DNA of 61,942 bases, the filler included, from Chiloscyllium plagiosum (taxonomy: Eukaryota): the NCBI RefSeq assembly GCF_004010195.1. It is 4 parts of one record of this genome, joined end to end, with 100 filler letters (N's around TTAATTAATTAA, not from the genome) between each part and the next. Parts side by side here need not be neighbours in the genome. Positions count along the whole stretch, not along the records: positions 11,770 to 36,034 come from NC_057716.1; 3 more parts are not named here. One strand, written 5' to 3'. The notes under the pieces were generated by a model, which was given only the letters and a program-made list of their open reading frames with translations, was not told where the DNA came from and made no database searches. This document shows positions 22,972 to 36,134 of the stretch, one piece after another (within the stretch, counting starts at the first letter, position 1; every line of letters begins with the position of its first letter). The translations under genes and the position numbers were made by a program.

Positions 22972-25680
22972 CCTGGCTATTTACCCTATCTATGCCCCTT
23001 ATGATTTTATAAACCTCTACAATGTAATCTCTCAGCATCCCATGCTCCAAGTAAAAATGCCCAACCTATTCATCCCAGGTTCACTATATTGATTCCGGAG
23101 TTGAGGGGGTTGGCTTATGAGAGGCTGAGTAGATTGGGATTTTATTCATTGGAATTTAGAAGAATGAAGGGGGATCTTATAGAAACATATAAAATTCTGA
23201 AGGGAAGCGATAAAATAGAAATGGATGGGATGTTCCCACTGGCAGGTAAGATTAGGACAAGAGGGCATGACCTCAAAATTACAGGAAGCAGGTTTAGAAC
23301 TGAACTGAGAAGGAACTTCTTCACCCAGAGGTTTGTTAATCAGTGGAATTCCTTGCCCAGGGAAGTACTTGACACTACTTCAGTCATCACTTTTAAAGCT
23401 AAGGGAGATACTGTTTTGAAAAATAAAGGAATTAAGGGATATGGTGAAAATGCGGGTAAGTGGAGCTGAGTCCATGAAAAGATTAGCCATGATCTTACTG
23501 AGTGGCGGAGTGGGCTCGAAGGGCCGGATGGCCTACTCCTGCTCATAGTTCTTATGGTCTCTCCTTATAACTCAAATCCTCCAGCCTCAATAAGAACTTT
23601 GTAAATCTTTTTTGCACCCTTTCCAGTTTAATAATATATTTCCTGAAGCAAGGTGACCAAAATTCTATGCACTACTCCAAATGTTTTGTACAGCCTAACA
23701 CAATGTTCCAACTCCAGCTCTGACCAATGAAGCCAAGCATGTCAAACACCTTCTTCACCATCCTGTCTATCTGTGACAACACTTTCAAGGAATTATATTC
23801 CTGCATCCCTAGATTTCTCTGTTCAACAACACTCTCTAGGGTTCTACCATTAAACGTGTAAAACCTGCCCTGGTCTGTTTTACCAAAATGCAATGCTTTG
23901 CATTTATCTAAATTAAACTCCATCTGTCACTCCTTGCCCCACTGGCCCAGTTGATCAAGCTCCCATTGAACACTTCAAAAACCTTCTTCACTGTCCACTA
24001 TGCCACCAATTTTGGTGTCATCTGCAAATCTACTAACCATGCCTCTTATATTCTCATCCAAATCATTTATCTAAATGATGAACAACAGCGGACCCAGCAC
24101 TGATCTTTGCGGAACATTGTAGGTCACAGGTTACAGTCTGAAAACAGCACTCTACCACCACCCTCTGTCTCCTACCATCAAACCAAATTTGTATCCAATT
24201 GGCTACCTCTCTCTGTATCCCATGTGATCTAACTTTACAAACCAATCTACCACGTGGAACCTTCTGTGGATGCTGGGTCATTGAATATATTCAAGAAAGA
24301 GATTGATACATTTTGAGATATTAAAGACATCAAGAAGTATGAGAAGAAAGCAAGGACATGGCTTTAAGGTAGAGAATCAATCATGATCATACTAAATGGA
24401 AGAGCAGGCTCTAAGAGCCAAATGATTGCTGACCCTAAATGTCGATTTTCCTTCTCCTCAGATGTTGCCTGAATTGCTGTGCTTTTCCAGCACTACTCTA
24501 ATCTTGACTCAAAGAGCCAAATGGCCTACTCTTGTTTCCATGTTTAACAAATCAGAATTGTTACAATGCAGAAGGAGGCTATTCAGTCCATTATGCCTGC
24601 ATCATTACCGAGTGCCAATCTCCTGCCTTTTCCCATATCCTTGCATAGTATTTCTATCCAAATAATCATCCAATACTCTCTTGAATGCTTAAATTGAATC
24701 TGCCTCCACCACATTATCTGGTAGAGCATTCCATATCCTAACTAGTTGCTGTGTGAAAAAGATTTTTCTCACATCAGTCTTGCTTCTCTTCCACATCACT
24801 TCAAATCTATGCACTCTCATTCTTGTTTTTCCAATAAGCAGGAACAACTTCTTCCTATCTACTCTAAAAGCCTCCTCATGATTTTGAAAATCTCTCTCTG
24901 ATCGCCTTTCACCCTTCTCTGCAAGGAAAACAGTCATAACTTCTTCAACCTATTCTCATAACTGAAGTTTCTCATCCCTGAAATCATTCCTGTCAATTGC
25001 TTCTGCACTCTCTCCAGTTCATATCTTTCCAATAATGTGGCACCTACAACTATACATAATACTTCAGCTCAAGTCTAACAAATGTCTTGTGCAAGTTCAC
25101 CTCATTGCTTTTGTACTCTACACCCCTATTAACAGTGTGCTTTATTAACTACTCTCTCTACTGTACAGCGACCTTCAATGATCCGTGCACATAAATATTC
25201 AAGTCCTTCTGCCCCTGCTGCACCCATTTTAGAATTATGCCTATTATTTACTATTGTTTTTCAACATTCTTCTGACCAAAGGCCATCATCTCAAACCTTT
25301 CTGCACAGAACTTTGTCTGATACCTATCCACCCACTCCACCAGTTGTCAATGTCCTTTTAGAATTCCACACTGCCCTCCATATAGTTTTCAATTCTTCCA
25401 AGTTTTGTATCATCTGCACAACAAGATCCGGATCATTAATATATATCAGGAAAAGCAAGGGTCCCAATACTGACTCCTGGGGAACTCCACAATGAACCTT
25501 CCTCCAGCCCAAATAAAATCCATTGCTCATTACCCTCTGTTTTCTGTTATTCAGCCAATTTTGTATTCATATTGTTACTATCCCTTTTATATCATGTTCT
25601 ATAGTTTTCCTCACAAGTCTGTTGTTTGGCACCACATCAAACACCTTCTGGAATCCATGTACACCATATCAACAGCATTA
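22972..25680. mobile_element. Multiple nested CR1 fragments (mostly -, with + 3' ends at 23077-23560 and 24270-24545)
   Basis: RT and C-terminal motifs in the ORF track; partial PLE terminal unit at ~24440-24510. Confidence 0.8.
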
Positions 25681-25682
25681 CC

Positions 25683-28125
25683 ATAAGACCATAAGACACA
25701 GCAACAGAAATTAGGCCACTCAGCCCACTGAGTCTGCTCTGCCATTCAATCATGGCTGATAGGTTTCTCAACTCCATTCTCTCCATAACCCTTGATCCTC
25801 TTGATACTCAAGAACCTATCTATCTCAGTATTAAATATACTCAATGACCTGGCTTCGAACACCTTTTGTGGCAATGAATTCCATCGATCCCCCACTCTCT
25901 GGCTGAAGAAGTTGCTCCTTATCTCTGTTCTAAAAAGTCTTCCCTTCATTCTAAGGTTGTTATCTCGGTTCCTAGTCTATCCTACTATTGTAAACATCTT
26001 CCCAATTTCCACTCTGTCCAGGCCATTCAATATTCTGTATGCTTCAATTAGATCGTCCCTCATCCTTCTGAACTCCATCGAGTATAATCCCAGAGTCCTC
26101 AAATATTCCTCATATATTAAGCTTTAATTCCTGGGATCATTCTCTGAACATGCTCCAGGGCCAGTACATCCTTCCTGCGGTAAGGGGTCCAAAACCGCAC
26201 ACAATATCCAAATATGGTCTGGCCAGAGCCTTATATAGCCTCAGAAGTACATCCCTGCCTTTATATTCTCAAAATTAATGCCATCATTGCATTTGCCTTC
26301 CTGATTACTGACTCAACCTGCAAGTTTACCTTGAGAGAATCCTGGATTAGAACTCCAAAGTCTCTTTGCACTCCAGACTTCTGAATTTTCTCCCCATTTA
26401 GAAAATAGTTCATGCCTCTATTCTTCCTACCAAAGTGCAAGACCTCACACTTTCCCACATTGTACTCCATCTGCCACTTCTTTCCCCACTCTCCTAACCT
26501 GTCCAAATCCTTCTGCAGCCTCCTTGCTTCCTTAATGCTACCTGTCCCTCTACCTATCTTTGTATCATCTGCAAACATAGCCAGAATGCCGTCACTTCCT
26601 TCATCTAGATCATTAATGGATAAAATGAAAAGTTGTGGTCCCAATACTGAGCCTTGTAGAGCACCACTTGTCACCAGCTGCCATCCTGAGAAGGATCCTT
26701 TTATCCTCACTCTGCTTTTTGCCACACAGCCAAGCTTCTATCTATACTAGCACCTTGCCTCTGATATCATGGGCCCTTATCTTATACAGTCGCATCCTGT
26801 GCGGCATCTTGTCAAAAGCCGTCTTGAAGTCCAAAGTCCAAGTAGATAACTTCCATTGGCTCTCAAAGAATTCAAGCAGATTTGTCAGGCCTGACCTCCC
26901 CTCTGAGGCCTGACTTTGCCCTATTTTACCATACACTTCCAAGTATTCAGAAGTCTCATCCTTCACAATGGATTCAAAGATCTTACCCACGACCCAAATT
27001 AGACTAATTGGCCTGTCTTCTCCCTTACTCCCTTTTTAAACAGGAGTGTCACATTAGAAATTTTCCAGGCCTCTGCGTCTTTCCCTGATTCTAGCTATTC
27101 CTGAAAGATCACCATTGATGTATCTGTTATCTCTTCAGCTATCTCCCTTAGAACACTAGGGTGTAGTCCACCTAGGTAAAAACAAGGACTGCAGATGCTG
27201 GAAACCAGAGTCTAGATTAGAGTGGTGCTGGAAAAGCACAGCAGGTCAGGCAGCATCCGAGGAGCAGGAAAATCGACATTTTGGGCAAAAGCCCGTCATC
27301 AGGATTCGGGCTATAATCCATCTGGTCCAGATGAATTCTCCACCTTCAGGCCATTCAGTTTTTCTAGCACCTTATCCTTGGTGATGACCACAAATCTCAG
27401 CTCTGACCCCCAGACACTCTCAAATGTTTGGGATATTACTCATGTCTTCTACCACAAAGACTGATACAAAGTAATTGTTCAGTTCCTCAGCCATTTCCTT
27501 GTTTTCCACTACTATCACTCCAGTGTCACTTTCCAGCAGCCCAATGTCCACTTTTGCCCTTAATGTATCTAAAGAAATTCTTACAGTCTTCCTTTATGTT
27601 ACTGGCTAGCTTACCCTCATATTTAATCTTCTCCCTCCTTATTTCTTTTTTTTGTTGCCCTCTGTTAGTCTTTGTAAGCTTCCAGGTCCTCTGGTTTCCC
27701 TCTGTCCTTTGTCTCATTATATGCTTTCTCCGTCACTATTATGCTATCCCTGATTTCCCTGGTCAGCCACGGCTGCCTCATCTTCCATGCTTCCTTTTCC
27801 TCGGGATGAATTCCTACTGTGTCTCCTGATTTACTCCCAGGAACTCCTGCCATTGCTGTTCCACTGTCTTTCCTGTTAGGCTCCTCTCCCAGTCAATTCT
27901 ACCCAGCTGCTCCCTCATGCCTCTTTAGTTGCTTTTATTCAGCTGTAATATTGTTATCTCTGATTCTATCTTCTCCCTCTGAAATTGCAGAATCAATTCA
28001 ATCATATTATGATCACTGCCTCCGAAGAGTGCCTTAACCTTAAGCTCCCTTATCAAGTCTCATTGCACAACACTAAACCCAGTATTGCCTGTTCCCTAAT
28101 GCGCTCCACCACAAACTGTTGCAAA
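25683..28125 (-). mobile_element. CR1 ORF2, most of its length, degenerate
   Basis: QPWLTREIRDSI; LASNIKEDCKNFFRYIK; QGSVLGPQLF..INDL..FADDTK; 3' tail at 25683. Confidence 0.9.
27176..27306 (-). mobile_element. Solo PLE terminal unit with hammerhead (GAAA>AAAA)
   Basis: aatc-CTGATGA-c-GGGC-tttt-GCCC-AAAA-TGTC-gatt at 27271-27306; inserted in a CR1 with a degenerate TSD (gggtgtagtccacct / gggctataatccatct). Confidence 0.85.
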
Positions 28126-29282
28126 AAGGTGGACATAGAACACAGAACAGTAGAGCACAGTATAGGCCCTTCGGCCCTTGATGTTGTGCCGACCTTTTAT
28201 CTTACCCTATGATCACACTAGCCTACATACTCTTCATTGTACAATCTTCATGTCCCTATCCAAGAGTCGCTTAAATGTCCCTAATGTATCTGACTCTACT
28301 ACAACTGCAGGCAGTGCATTCCATGCACCTGCCACTCTGTAAAAAACTGACCTCTGATATCTCCCGAAAACCTTCTTCCAGTTACCTTAAAATTATGTCC
28401 CCTCGTGATAGACATTTCTGCCATGGAAAAAAAGTATCTGGCTATCCACTCTATCTATGCCTCTCAACATCTTGTACGCCTCTATCAAGTCACCTCGCCT
28501 CCTTCTTCATTCCAATGAGAAAAGCCCGAGCCCCCTCAAACTTTCATCATAAGACATGCCAACCAGTCCGGGCAGCATCCTGGCAAGTCTCCAGTGCACC
28601 CTTTCCAAAGCTTCCACATCCTTCCTATAATGAGGCAACCAAAACTGAACACAATATTCCAAGTGTGGTCTAACCAGGACTCTATACAGGTGCAGCATAA
28701 CCTTGTGGCTCTTAAGTTCAATCTCCCTGCTAATGAAAGCCAACACACCATACGCCTTCTTAACAACCCTATTAAACTGGGTGGCAACTCTGAGGGATCT
28801 ATGGACATGTTCTCCCATACTGCCAAGAATCCTGTCTTTAACCCTGTATTCTGCATTCAAATTCAACATTCCAAAGTGAATGACTTCACACTTTTCCAGG
28901 TTGAACTTCATCTGCCATTTCTCAGCCCAGTTCTGCATCCTGTCAATGTCCTGTTGCAACTACAACAGCACTCCATACATCCACAACTTCACCAATCTTT
29001 GTATCATCGGTAAACTTACTAACCTACACTTCCACTTCCTCATCTAAATATTTATAAAACTCACAAAGAGCAGTGTTCCTAGAACTGATCCCTGCAGAAC
29101 ACCACTGGTCACCAAGCTCCAGGCTGAATACTTTCCATTTACTACTACCCTCTGACTTCTATGGGCCATCAAATTCTGCACCCAGACAGCCAAATTTCCC
29201 TGTATCCCATGCTTCCTTATTTTCTGAATGAGCCTACCATGGGGAACCTGAACAAATGCCTAGCTAGAATCAATGTACACCA

Positions 29283-29441
29283 CAGGTCAGGCAGAATCCG
29301 AGGAACAGGAAAATCGACGTTTCGCTCCTGCCAGAAACGTCGATTTTCCTGTTCCTTGGATGCCGCCTGACCTGCTGTGCATTTTCAGCACCACTCTAAT
29401 CTTGACTCTAATCTCCAGCATCTGCAGTCCTCACTTTCTCC
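29283..29441. mobile_element. Fold-back PLE terminal unit, both arms truncated at the GAAA box
   Basis: Arms 29283-29323 and 29334-29374 are inverted; the + arm continues to catctgcagtcctcactttctcc. Confidence 0.8.
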
Positions 29442-31065
29442 TCCATTAACGCTAGAGCCACAGCTCTCCCTTCATCAATGTGTTTTGTCGCATCTTCAAA
29501 GAATTCAGTAAGGTTTGTGAGGCAAGACCTGCCCCTCACAAAACCATGCTGATTATCTCTAATCAAACTGTGTTTTTCCAAGTAATCATAAACGCTGTCT
29601 GTCAGACTCCTCTCCAATACTTTGCCCTCCACTGACGTAAGACTGACTGGTCTGTCATTCCCAGGGTTATACCTATTCCCTTTCTTGAACAAGGAAATAA
29701 CATTTGCCACCCTTCAATCATTTGGCACTACTCCAATGGGCAGTGAGGACATAAAGATCATCACCAAAGGTGCAGTAATCTCCTCCCTCGCTTCCTGTAG
29801 TAACCTAGGGTATATGTTTTTGAAAATTTTCAGCACATCCTCCTTCCTAACATTAACCTGTTCAAGCATATCAGTCTGTTTCATGCTGTCCTCAGAAACA
29901 TCAAGGTCCCTCTCACTACTGAATACTGAAGCAAAGTATTCATAAAGGACCTCCCCTACTTCGTCCAACTCCAGGCGCAAGTTCCCTCCATTATACCTGG
30001 TCAGCCCTATCCTCACTCTTCCCATCTTCTTGTTCCTCACATAGGTGCAGAAGCCTTCGGGTTTTCCTTAATCCTACCTGCTAATGCTTTTTCTTCCTCC
30101 CTTTTAGTTCTCCTAAGTCCATTCTTCAGTTCCTTCCTGGCTACCTTGTAACCCTTTAGAGCCCAGTCTGATCTTTGCCTCCTCAACCTTAGGGAAGCTT
30201 CCTTCTTCTTCTTGACTAGATATTCCACATCACATGTCAACCAAGGTTCCTTCACCTTGCCATCCCTTCCTTGCCTCAGTGGGACAAACCTATTCAGCAC
30301 TATCAGCAAGTGCTCCCTAACCTCCACATTTCTGTCATGCATTTCCCTGAGAACATCTGTTCCTATTTTAGGTGCCACAGTTCTTGTCTCTTCATATTGT
30401 ATTTTCCCCACCCCCCCAATTAAATACTTGCCCATAACTCTGCTGCTATCTCTCTCCATGAGTATAGTAAAGTTCAGGGAATTGTGATCAACATCACCGA
30501 AATGCTCTCTCACCAAGAGATCTGACATCTGGCCTGGCTCATTGCCGAGCACCAAATCCAATATGGCCTCACGTCTAGTTTGCCTATCTACATACAGACT
30601 CAGGAATCCTTCCTGGACACACCTGACAAAAACTGCTCCATTGCTTTTTCCCTGGAGCGTCGGAGACTGAGGAGTGACCTTATAGAGGTTTACAAAATTA
30701 TGAGGGGTAATGATAGGATAAATAGACAAAGTATTTTCCCTGGGGTCGGGGAGTCCAGAACTAGAGGGCATAGGTTTAGGGTGAGAGGGGAAAGATATCA
30801 AAGAGACCTAAGGGCAACTTTTTCACGAAGTAGGTGGTACATATATGGAATGAGCTGCCAGAGGAAGTGATGGAGGCTGGTACAATTGCAACATTTAAGA
30901 GGCATTTGGATGGGTATATGAATAGGAAGGGTTTGGAGGGATATGGGCCGGGTGCTGGCAGGTAGGACTAGTTTGGGTTGGGATATCTGGTTGGCATGGA
31001 CAGGTTGGACCGAAGGGTCTGTTTCCACGCTGTACATCTCCATGACTCTATAAGGAGGTTCCAAT

Positions 31066-31673
31066 GACTGCCAGACTACTCAGACCCCTTGGCATCATGG
31101 TAGCCCACAAACCCACCAACACACTAAAACAGCAGCAAATGAACTTGAAAGACCCTATACAAGCAACAAGCAAAACTAATGTCATTTATAAAATACCATG
31201 CAAGAACTGTAACAAACACTACATTGGACAAATAGGCAGAAAACTAGCCACCAGGATACATGAACACCAACTTGCCACATAACGACATGACCCTCTCTCA
31301 CTAGTATCCTTACATACAGATAAGGAAGGACACTACTTCGACTGGGACAACACATCCATCTTAGGACAAGCCAAACAGAGATACACACAAGAAATCCTAG
31401 AAGCATGGCATTCCAACCAGAACTCTATCAACAAACACATCAAGTTAGACCCCATCTACCACCCCCTGAGAAAAAGAACAGGAAATGACATCACCACATG
31501 AAATGACGTCACCACAGGAAATGACAACACCAGCCCAAAGAAACCCAAACATATAAATAGAAAGCAGGAATCATGCACACTGCTTCGCCTGAGGCCCACT
31601 GAAGATGTTACCTAGTAGGGTGACGAAATGTTTGTAAATGAACCTCCCAGCTAAGTGAGCAAACCCACATCCA
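31066..31673 (+). mobile_element. PLE 3' part (Poseidon-like) with GIY-YIG endonuclease and an 11-bp TSD
   Basis: AHKPTNTLKQQ..NLKD...NVIYKIPCKNCNKHYIGQIGRKLATRIHEH...FDWDNTSIL...LEAWHS; TSD gaggttccaat 31055-31065 / 31674-31684. Confidence 0.9.
31597..31634 (+). ncRNA. Hammerhead ribozyme motif of the Poseidon-like PLE
   Basis: ca-CTGAAGA-t-GTTACC-tagtag-GGTGAC-GAAA-tgtt-tg. Confidence 0.7.
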
Positions 31674-31947
31674 GAGGTTCCAATCAATATTAGGGAAGTT
31701 AAAGTCACCAATGACAACAACCCAGTTACTTCTGCACCTTTCCAAAATTTGCCACACATCTGTTCCTCAGTGTCTCGGTTGTTATTGGGGGGTCTGTAGA
31801 AAACTATAAAGTGACTGCTCCTTTCCTGTTTCTGACTTCCACCCATACTGACTCTGTGGACAAACCCTCTTCGACGACCTTCCTTTCTGCAGCTGTGATA
31901 CTATCCCTGATTAGCAATGCCACTCCCCCACTTCTTTTACCTCCCAA

Positions 31948-32410
31948 GAGCTGGAAGTTGGTTCACAATTTGAAGGTGTTGAACTCAATATTACATCCAG
32001 AAGGCTGTGAAGTGCCTAGTGTGAAGATGAGATGTTGTTCTTCCAGTTTGTGCTCTGATTCACTGGAACATTGCAGCATGCCAAGGTCAGACAAAGAGCT
32101 TGCAAGCAGGACAATGTGTTAAAGTGACTAGCTATGAAAAGGTCGGGGTCATGCCTGCGCACAGACCGGAGGTGTTCCTCAAAGCAGTTACCCTGTCTGC
32201 GTTTGGTTTGTCCAATGAAGTGTAGGCCACATCAAGTTCAGTAAATGCAATACATCCCCACCCCGCCCAAACAATTATAATATAAATGTTGTCCCCTCCA
32301 CACTTCACTACAGCTCTGATGAAGAGTCATCTAGACTCAAAACATTAGCTTGCTCTCTTCTATTGATGCTATCTGATCCACTGTGATCTTCAGCATTTGT
32401 TGTTTTCAGC
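31948..32410. mobile_element. 5'-inverted PLE: GIY-YIG on - (31948-32253), 3' terminal unit on + (32255-32410)
   Basis: CGLHFIGQTKRRQGNCFEEHLRSVRRHDPDL..ASHFN on -; agct-CTGATGA-a-GAGTC-atcta-GACTC-AAAA-catt-agct at 32312-32350 on +. Confidence 0.8.
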
Positions 32411-33012
32411 CTAGAGTATTGTGTGCAGTTTTGATCTCCTTATCTGAGGAAGGATGTTCTTGCTACTGAGGGAGTGCAGCCAAGGTTTATCAAGCTGCTT
32501 ACTGCACACAGTATATAAAACAAGATAAATGAGCTTGTGGTGCAGATCAAAGTTGGTAGCTGTGATGTGGTGGGCATCACAGCAACATGGATGCAAGGGA
32601 TCAGGACTGGGAGCTAAATATTCAAGGATATACATACTATTGAAAAGACAAGCAGGTGGACAGAGGGAGTGGGGTTGCCTTATTAGTGAGAAATGAAATT
32701 AAATCGATAACAAGAAATGACATAGGGTCAGATGATGTAGAATCTAAGTGGGTAGAGTTGAGGAACTGCAAAGATGAAAAACCCATAATGGGAGTTTTGT
32801 ATAGGCCTCCAAATCGTGGTCAGGACATGAGGTACAAGATACACCAAGAGATAAAAAAGATGTCTAAGAAAGGCAAGTTTACAATGATCATGGGGAATTT
32901 CAATATGCAGATGGACTGGAAAATCAGGTTGGTCATGGGTCGCAAGAAACGGAATTTTGGAATGTCTATGAATTTGCTTTTTGGAGCAGCTTGTGGTGAG
33001 CCCACTAGGGAA

Positions 33013-34340
33013 TAGAGTCTAGAATAGAGTGGTGCTAGAAAAGCACAGCAGGTCAAGCAGCATCCGAGGATCAGGAAAATTGATGTTTCGGGCAAAAGCC
33101 CTTAATCAGGAATAGAGGCAGGGTGCCTGCAATGGAGAGGTTAATGAGAGGGGGGTGCGGGTGGGGAGGAAGTAGCATAGCGTATAATAGGTGGTGGGGG
33201 AAGGGGAAATGAGGAAACTGATGAAATCCACATTGATGCCATGGGGTTGAAGTGTTCCGAGGCGGAAGGTGAGACGTTCTTCCTCCAGGCATCGGGTGGT
33301 GAGGGAGCGGTGGTCAAGGAGGCCCAGGACCTGCATGTCCTCGGCAGAGTGGGAGGGGGAGTTGAAATGTTGGGCCACAGAGTGGTGTGGTTGATTGGTG
33401 TGGGTGTCCCGGAGATGTTCCCTAAAGCGCTCTGCTAGGGGGCGTCCAGTCTCCCCACTGTAGAGGAGACCGCATCAGGAGCAACGGATACAACAAATGA
33501 TATTGGTGGATGTGCAGGTGAAACTTTGATGGATGTGGAAGGCTCCTTTGGGGTCTTGGATGGAGATGAGGGAGGATGTGTGCACAGGTTTTGCAATTTC
33601 TGTGGTGGCAGGGGAGAGTGCCAGGAAGGGAGGGTGGGTTGTAGGGGAGCAAGAACCTGACCAGGTAGTCATGGAGGGAACGGTCTTTGCGGAAAGCAGA
33701 AATAGGTGGGGAGGGAAATATATTCCTGGTGGTGGGGGCCGTTTGGAGGTGGTGGAAATGTCGTCGGATGATGTGGTTTATGCGAAGGTTGGTAGGGTGG
33801 AAGGTGAGCACCAGGGGTGTTCTGTCCTTGTTATGGTTGGAGGGGTGGGGTTTGAGGGCGGAGGGGCAGGATATGGATGAGATGCGTTGGAGGGCATCTT
33901 TAACCACGTGGGAAGGGATATTGCTGTCTCTAAAGAAGGAGGCCATCTGATGTGTTCTGTGGTGGAACTGGTCCTCCTGGGAGCAGATGCTGCGAAGGCG
34001 GAGGAACTGGGAATATGGGATGGCATTTTTGCAAGAGGTAGGGTGGGAAGGGGTGTAATCCAGGTAGCTGAGGGAGTTGGTGGGTTTGTAAAAAATGCCA
34101 GTGTCAAGTCGGTCGTCATTAATGGAGATGGAGAGGTCCAGGAAGGGGAGGGAGGTGTCAGAGATGGTCCAGGTGAATTTAAGGTCGGGGTGGAATGTGT
34201 TGATGAATTGCTCAACCTCCTTGTGGGAGCACGAGGTGGCGCCAATGCAATCATCAATGTAGCGGAGGAGGAGGTGGGGAGTGGTGCCAGTGTAACTACG
34301 GAAGATGGACTGTTCTACGTAGCCAGAGACAGGCATAGCT
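33013..34340 (-). mobile_element. PLE 3' half: RT, GIY-YIG and terminal repeat with hammerhead
   Basis: LLRYIDDCIG, LPFLDLSI, KNAIPYSQFLRLRSICS, SFTCTSTNIICCIRCS, AQHFNSPSHS, LGTLQPHGINVDF; attc-CTGATTA-a-GGGC-tttt-GCCC-GAAA-catc at 33078-33113. Confidence 0.93.
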
Positions 34341-34829
34341 GGAAAAGTAGGAATGGGTACCAAAGAAATGGCAGAAGAACTGAACAAGTACTTATGCTAG
34401 TCTTCATGGCAGAAGACACGGGTAACATCCCTAAAATTCAAAAGAGTCAGGGGGGCAGAGGTGAGTATGGCGACCATCACTAAGGAGAAGGTGCTAGAAA
34501 AACTGAAAGGTCTAAGGTATGAATCACCTGGAACAGATGGTCTATATCCCAGAATTCTGAAGGAGATAGCTGAAGAAATAGTGGAAGTGTGAGTGCTGAA
34601 CTTTCAGGAATCACGAGAGTCAGGGAGGTTTCCAGAGGACTGGAAAATCGCTAATATAATCCTGCTTGCTAAATAGGGAGCAAGGCAAAAGACAGGCAAT
34701 TACAGATCGATTTGCCTGACCTCAGTCATTGGTAAGATTTTGGAGTCCATTGTGAAGGATACGATTTCTGTATACTTGGAAATGCGTGGTAATAGAGGGC
34801 AATGTCAGCATGGTTTCATCAAAGGGAGG

Positions 34830-35052
34830 GAGTGAGGACTGCAGATGCTGGAGAGCAGAGCTGAAAATGTGTTGCTGGAAAAGCGCAGCAGGTCAGGCTG
34901 CATCCAAGGAGCAGGAGAATTGACGTTTCGGGCATGAGCCCTTCTTCAGGAATCCCCATTTCCTGAAGAAGGGCTCATGCCCAAAATGCCGATTCTCCCT
35001 CTCCTTGGATGCTGCCTGACCTGCTGTGCTTTTCCAGCAACACATTTTCAGC
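34830..35052. mobile_element. Fold-back PLE-derived mini-element with two opposed hammerheads and a 15-bp TSD
   Basis: Inverted arms of ~90 bp around 34954-34959; exact TSD ttcatcaaagggagg 34815-34829 / 35053-35067, within the CR1 QHGFIKGRSC codons. Confidence 0.92.
34918..34953 (-). ncRNA. Minimal hammerhead ribozyme motif, core intact
   Basis: attc-CTGAAGA-A-GGGC-tcat-GCCC-GAAA-CGTC-aatt. Confidence 0.75.
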
Positions 35053-36134
35053 TTCATCAAAGGGAGGTCATGTCTGACATATCTGTTAGAATTCTTTGAG
35101 GAGGTGATGAGCAGATTAGACAAAGGAGAGCTAATGGATGTTATCTAATTGGACTTCCAAAAGGCCTTTGACAGGGAGCTGCACTGCAAGCTGTTGAGTA
35201 AGATGAGGCCATGGTATTAGCAAGGTACTAGCATGGATAGAAGATTGGCTGTCTGTCAGTAAGCAGAGATTGAGAATAAAAGGGTCCTTCTCAGGATGGC
35301 AGTCAGTGAAAAGTGGTGTTGCACAAGGGTCAGTTTTGGGACTACAACTTTTCACTTTACATTAAAAATCTAAATGAAGGAAGTGACAGTATTTTGACTA
35401 ACTTTGCAGATGATACAAAGATAGGTGGAGGGAGAGGTTGTCTTGAGGAGGTGGGGAGGCTGCAAAAGGATTTGGACAGTTTAGGAAAGTGGGCAAAGAA
35501 GTGGCAGATGGAGTACAATGTGGGAAAGTGTGAGGACAATTTTCTAAATGGGGAAAAAACTCATAAATCTGAAGTGCAAAGGGACTTGGGAATCCTAGTT
35601 CAGGATTCTCTTAAGGCTAAACATATGAGGAAAGTTTGAAGACTCGGGTCTGATACTAAGCTGGGTGGCAGGGTGAAATGTGAAGAGGATGTTAGGAGAT
35701 TACAGGGTGACCTGGACAAGTTAGGTGAGTGGGCAGATGCATGGCAGATGCAGTTTAATGTGGATAAATGTATGGTTATCCACTTTGGTGGCAAGAACAG
35801 GAAGGCAGATTACTACCTCAATGGAATCAATTTAGGTAAAGGGGCAGTACAGAGAGATCTGGGTGTTCTTGTACACCAGTCAATGAAGGCAAGCATGCAG
35901 GTACAGCAGGCGGTGAAGAAGGCTAATAGCATGCTGGCCTTCATAACAAGAGGAATTGAGTATAGAAGCAAAGAGGTGCTTCTGCAGCTGTACAAAACAC
36001 TGGTAAGGCCACACCTGGAGTACTGCGTGCAGTTNNNNNNNNNNNNNNNNNNNNNNNNNNNNNNNNNNNNNNNNNNNNTTAATTAATTAANNNNNNNNNN
36101 NNNNNNNNNNNNNNNNNNNNNNNNNNNNNNNNNN

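Larger units (their letters stand above)
28133..31945 (-). mobile_element. CR1 ORF2 interrupted by a + CR1 3' end (30640-31050) and PLE insertions
   Basis: ILDLVLGNEPGQ..HFGDVDHNSL; QHGFVRGRSCLTNL; RPHLEYCVQFW; VFYRPPN at 31780-31810. Confidence 0.88.
32490..36034 (+). mobile_element. CR1 ORF2 fragments hosting PLE insertions
   Basis: GSGVALLVRNE..VESKWVELRN..GVLYRPPN..MGNFN; NFADDTKIGG; WQMQFNVDKC; RPHLEYCVQ. Confidence 0.87.

Noticed and set aside
34830..35052. MITE/DNA transposon or pre-miRNA interpretation of the palindromes
   Set aside because: The arms are asymmetric rather than terminal inverted repeats, TSDs vary from 13 to 15 bp, and the sequence is the 3' end of ORF-bearing PLEs in the same window.
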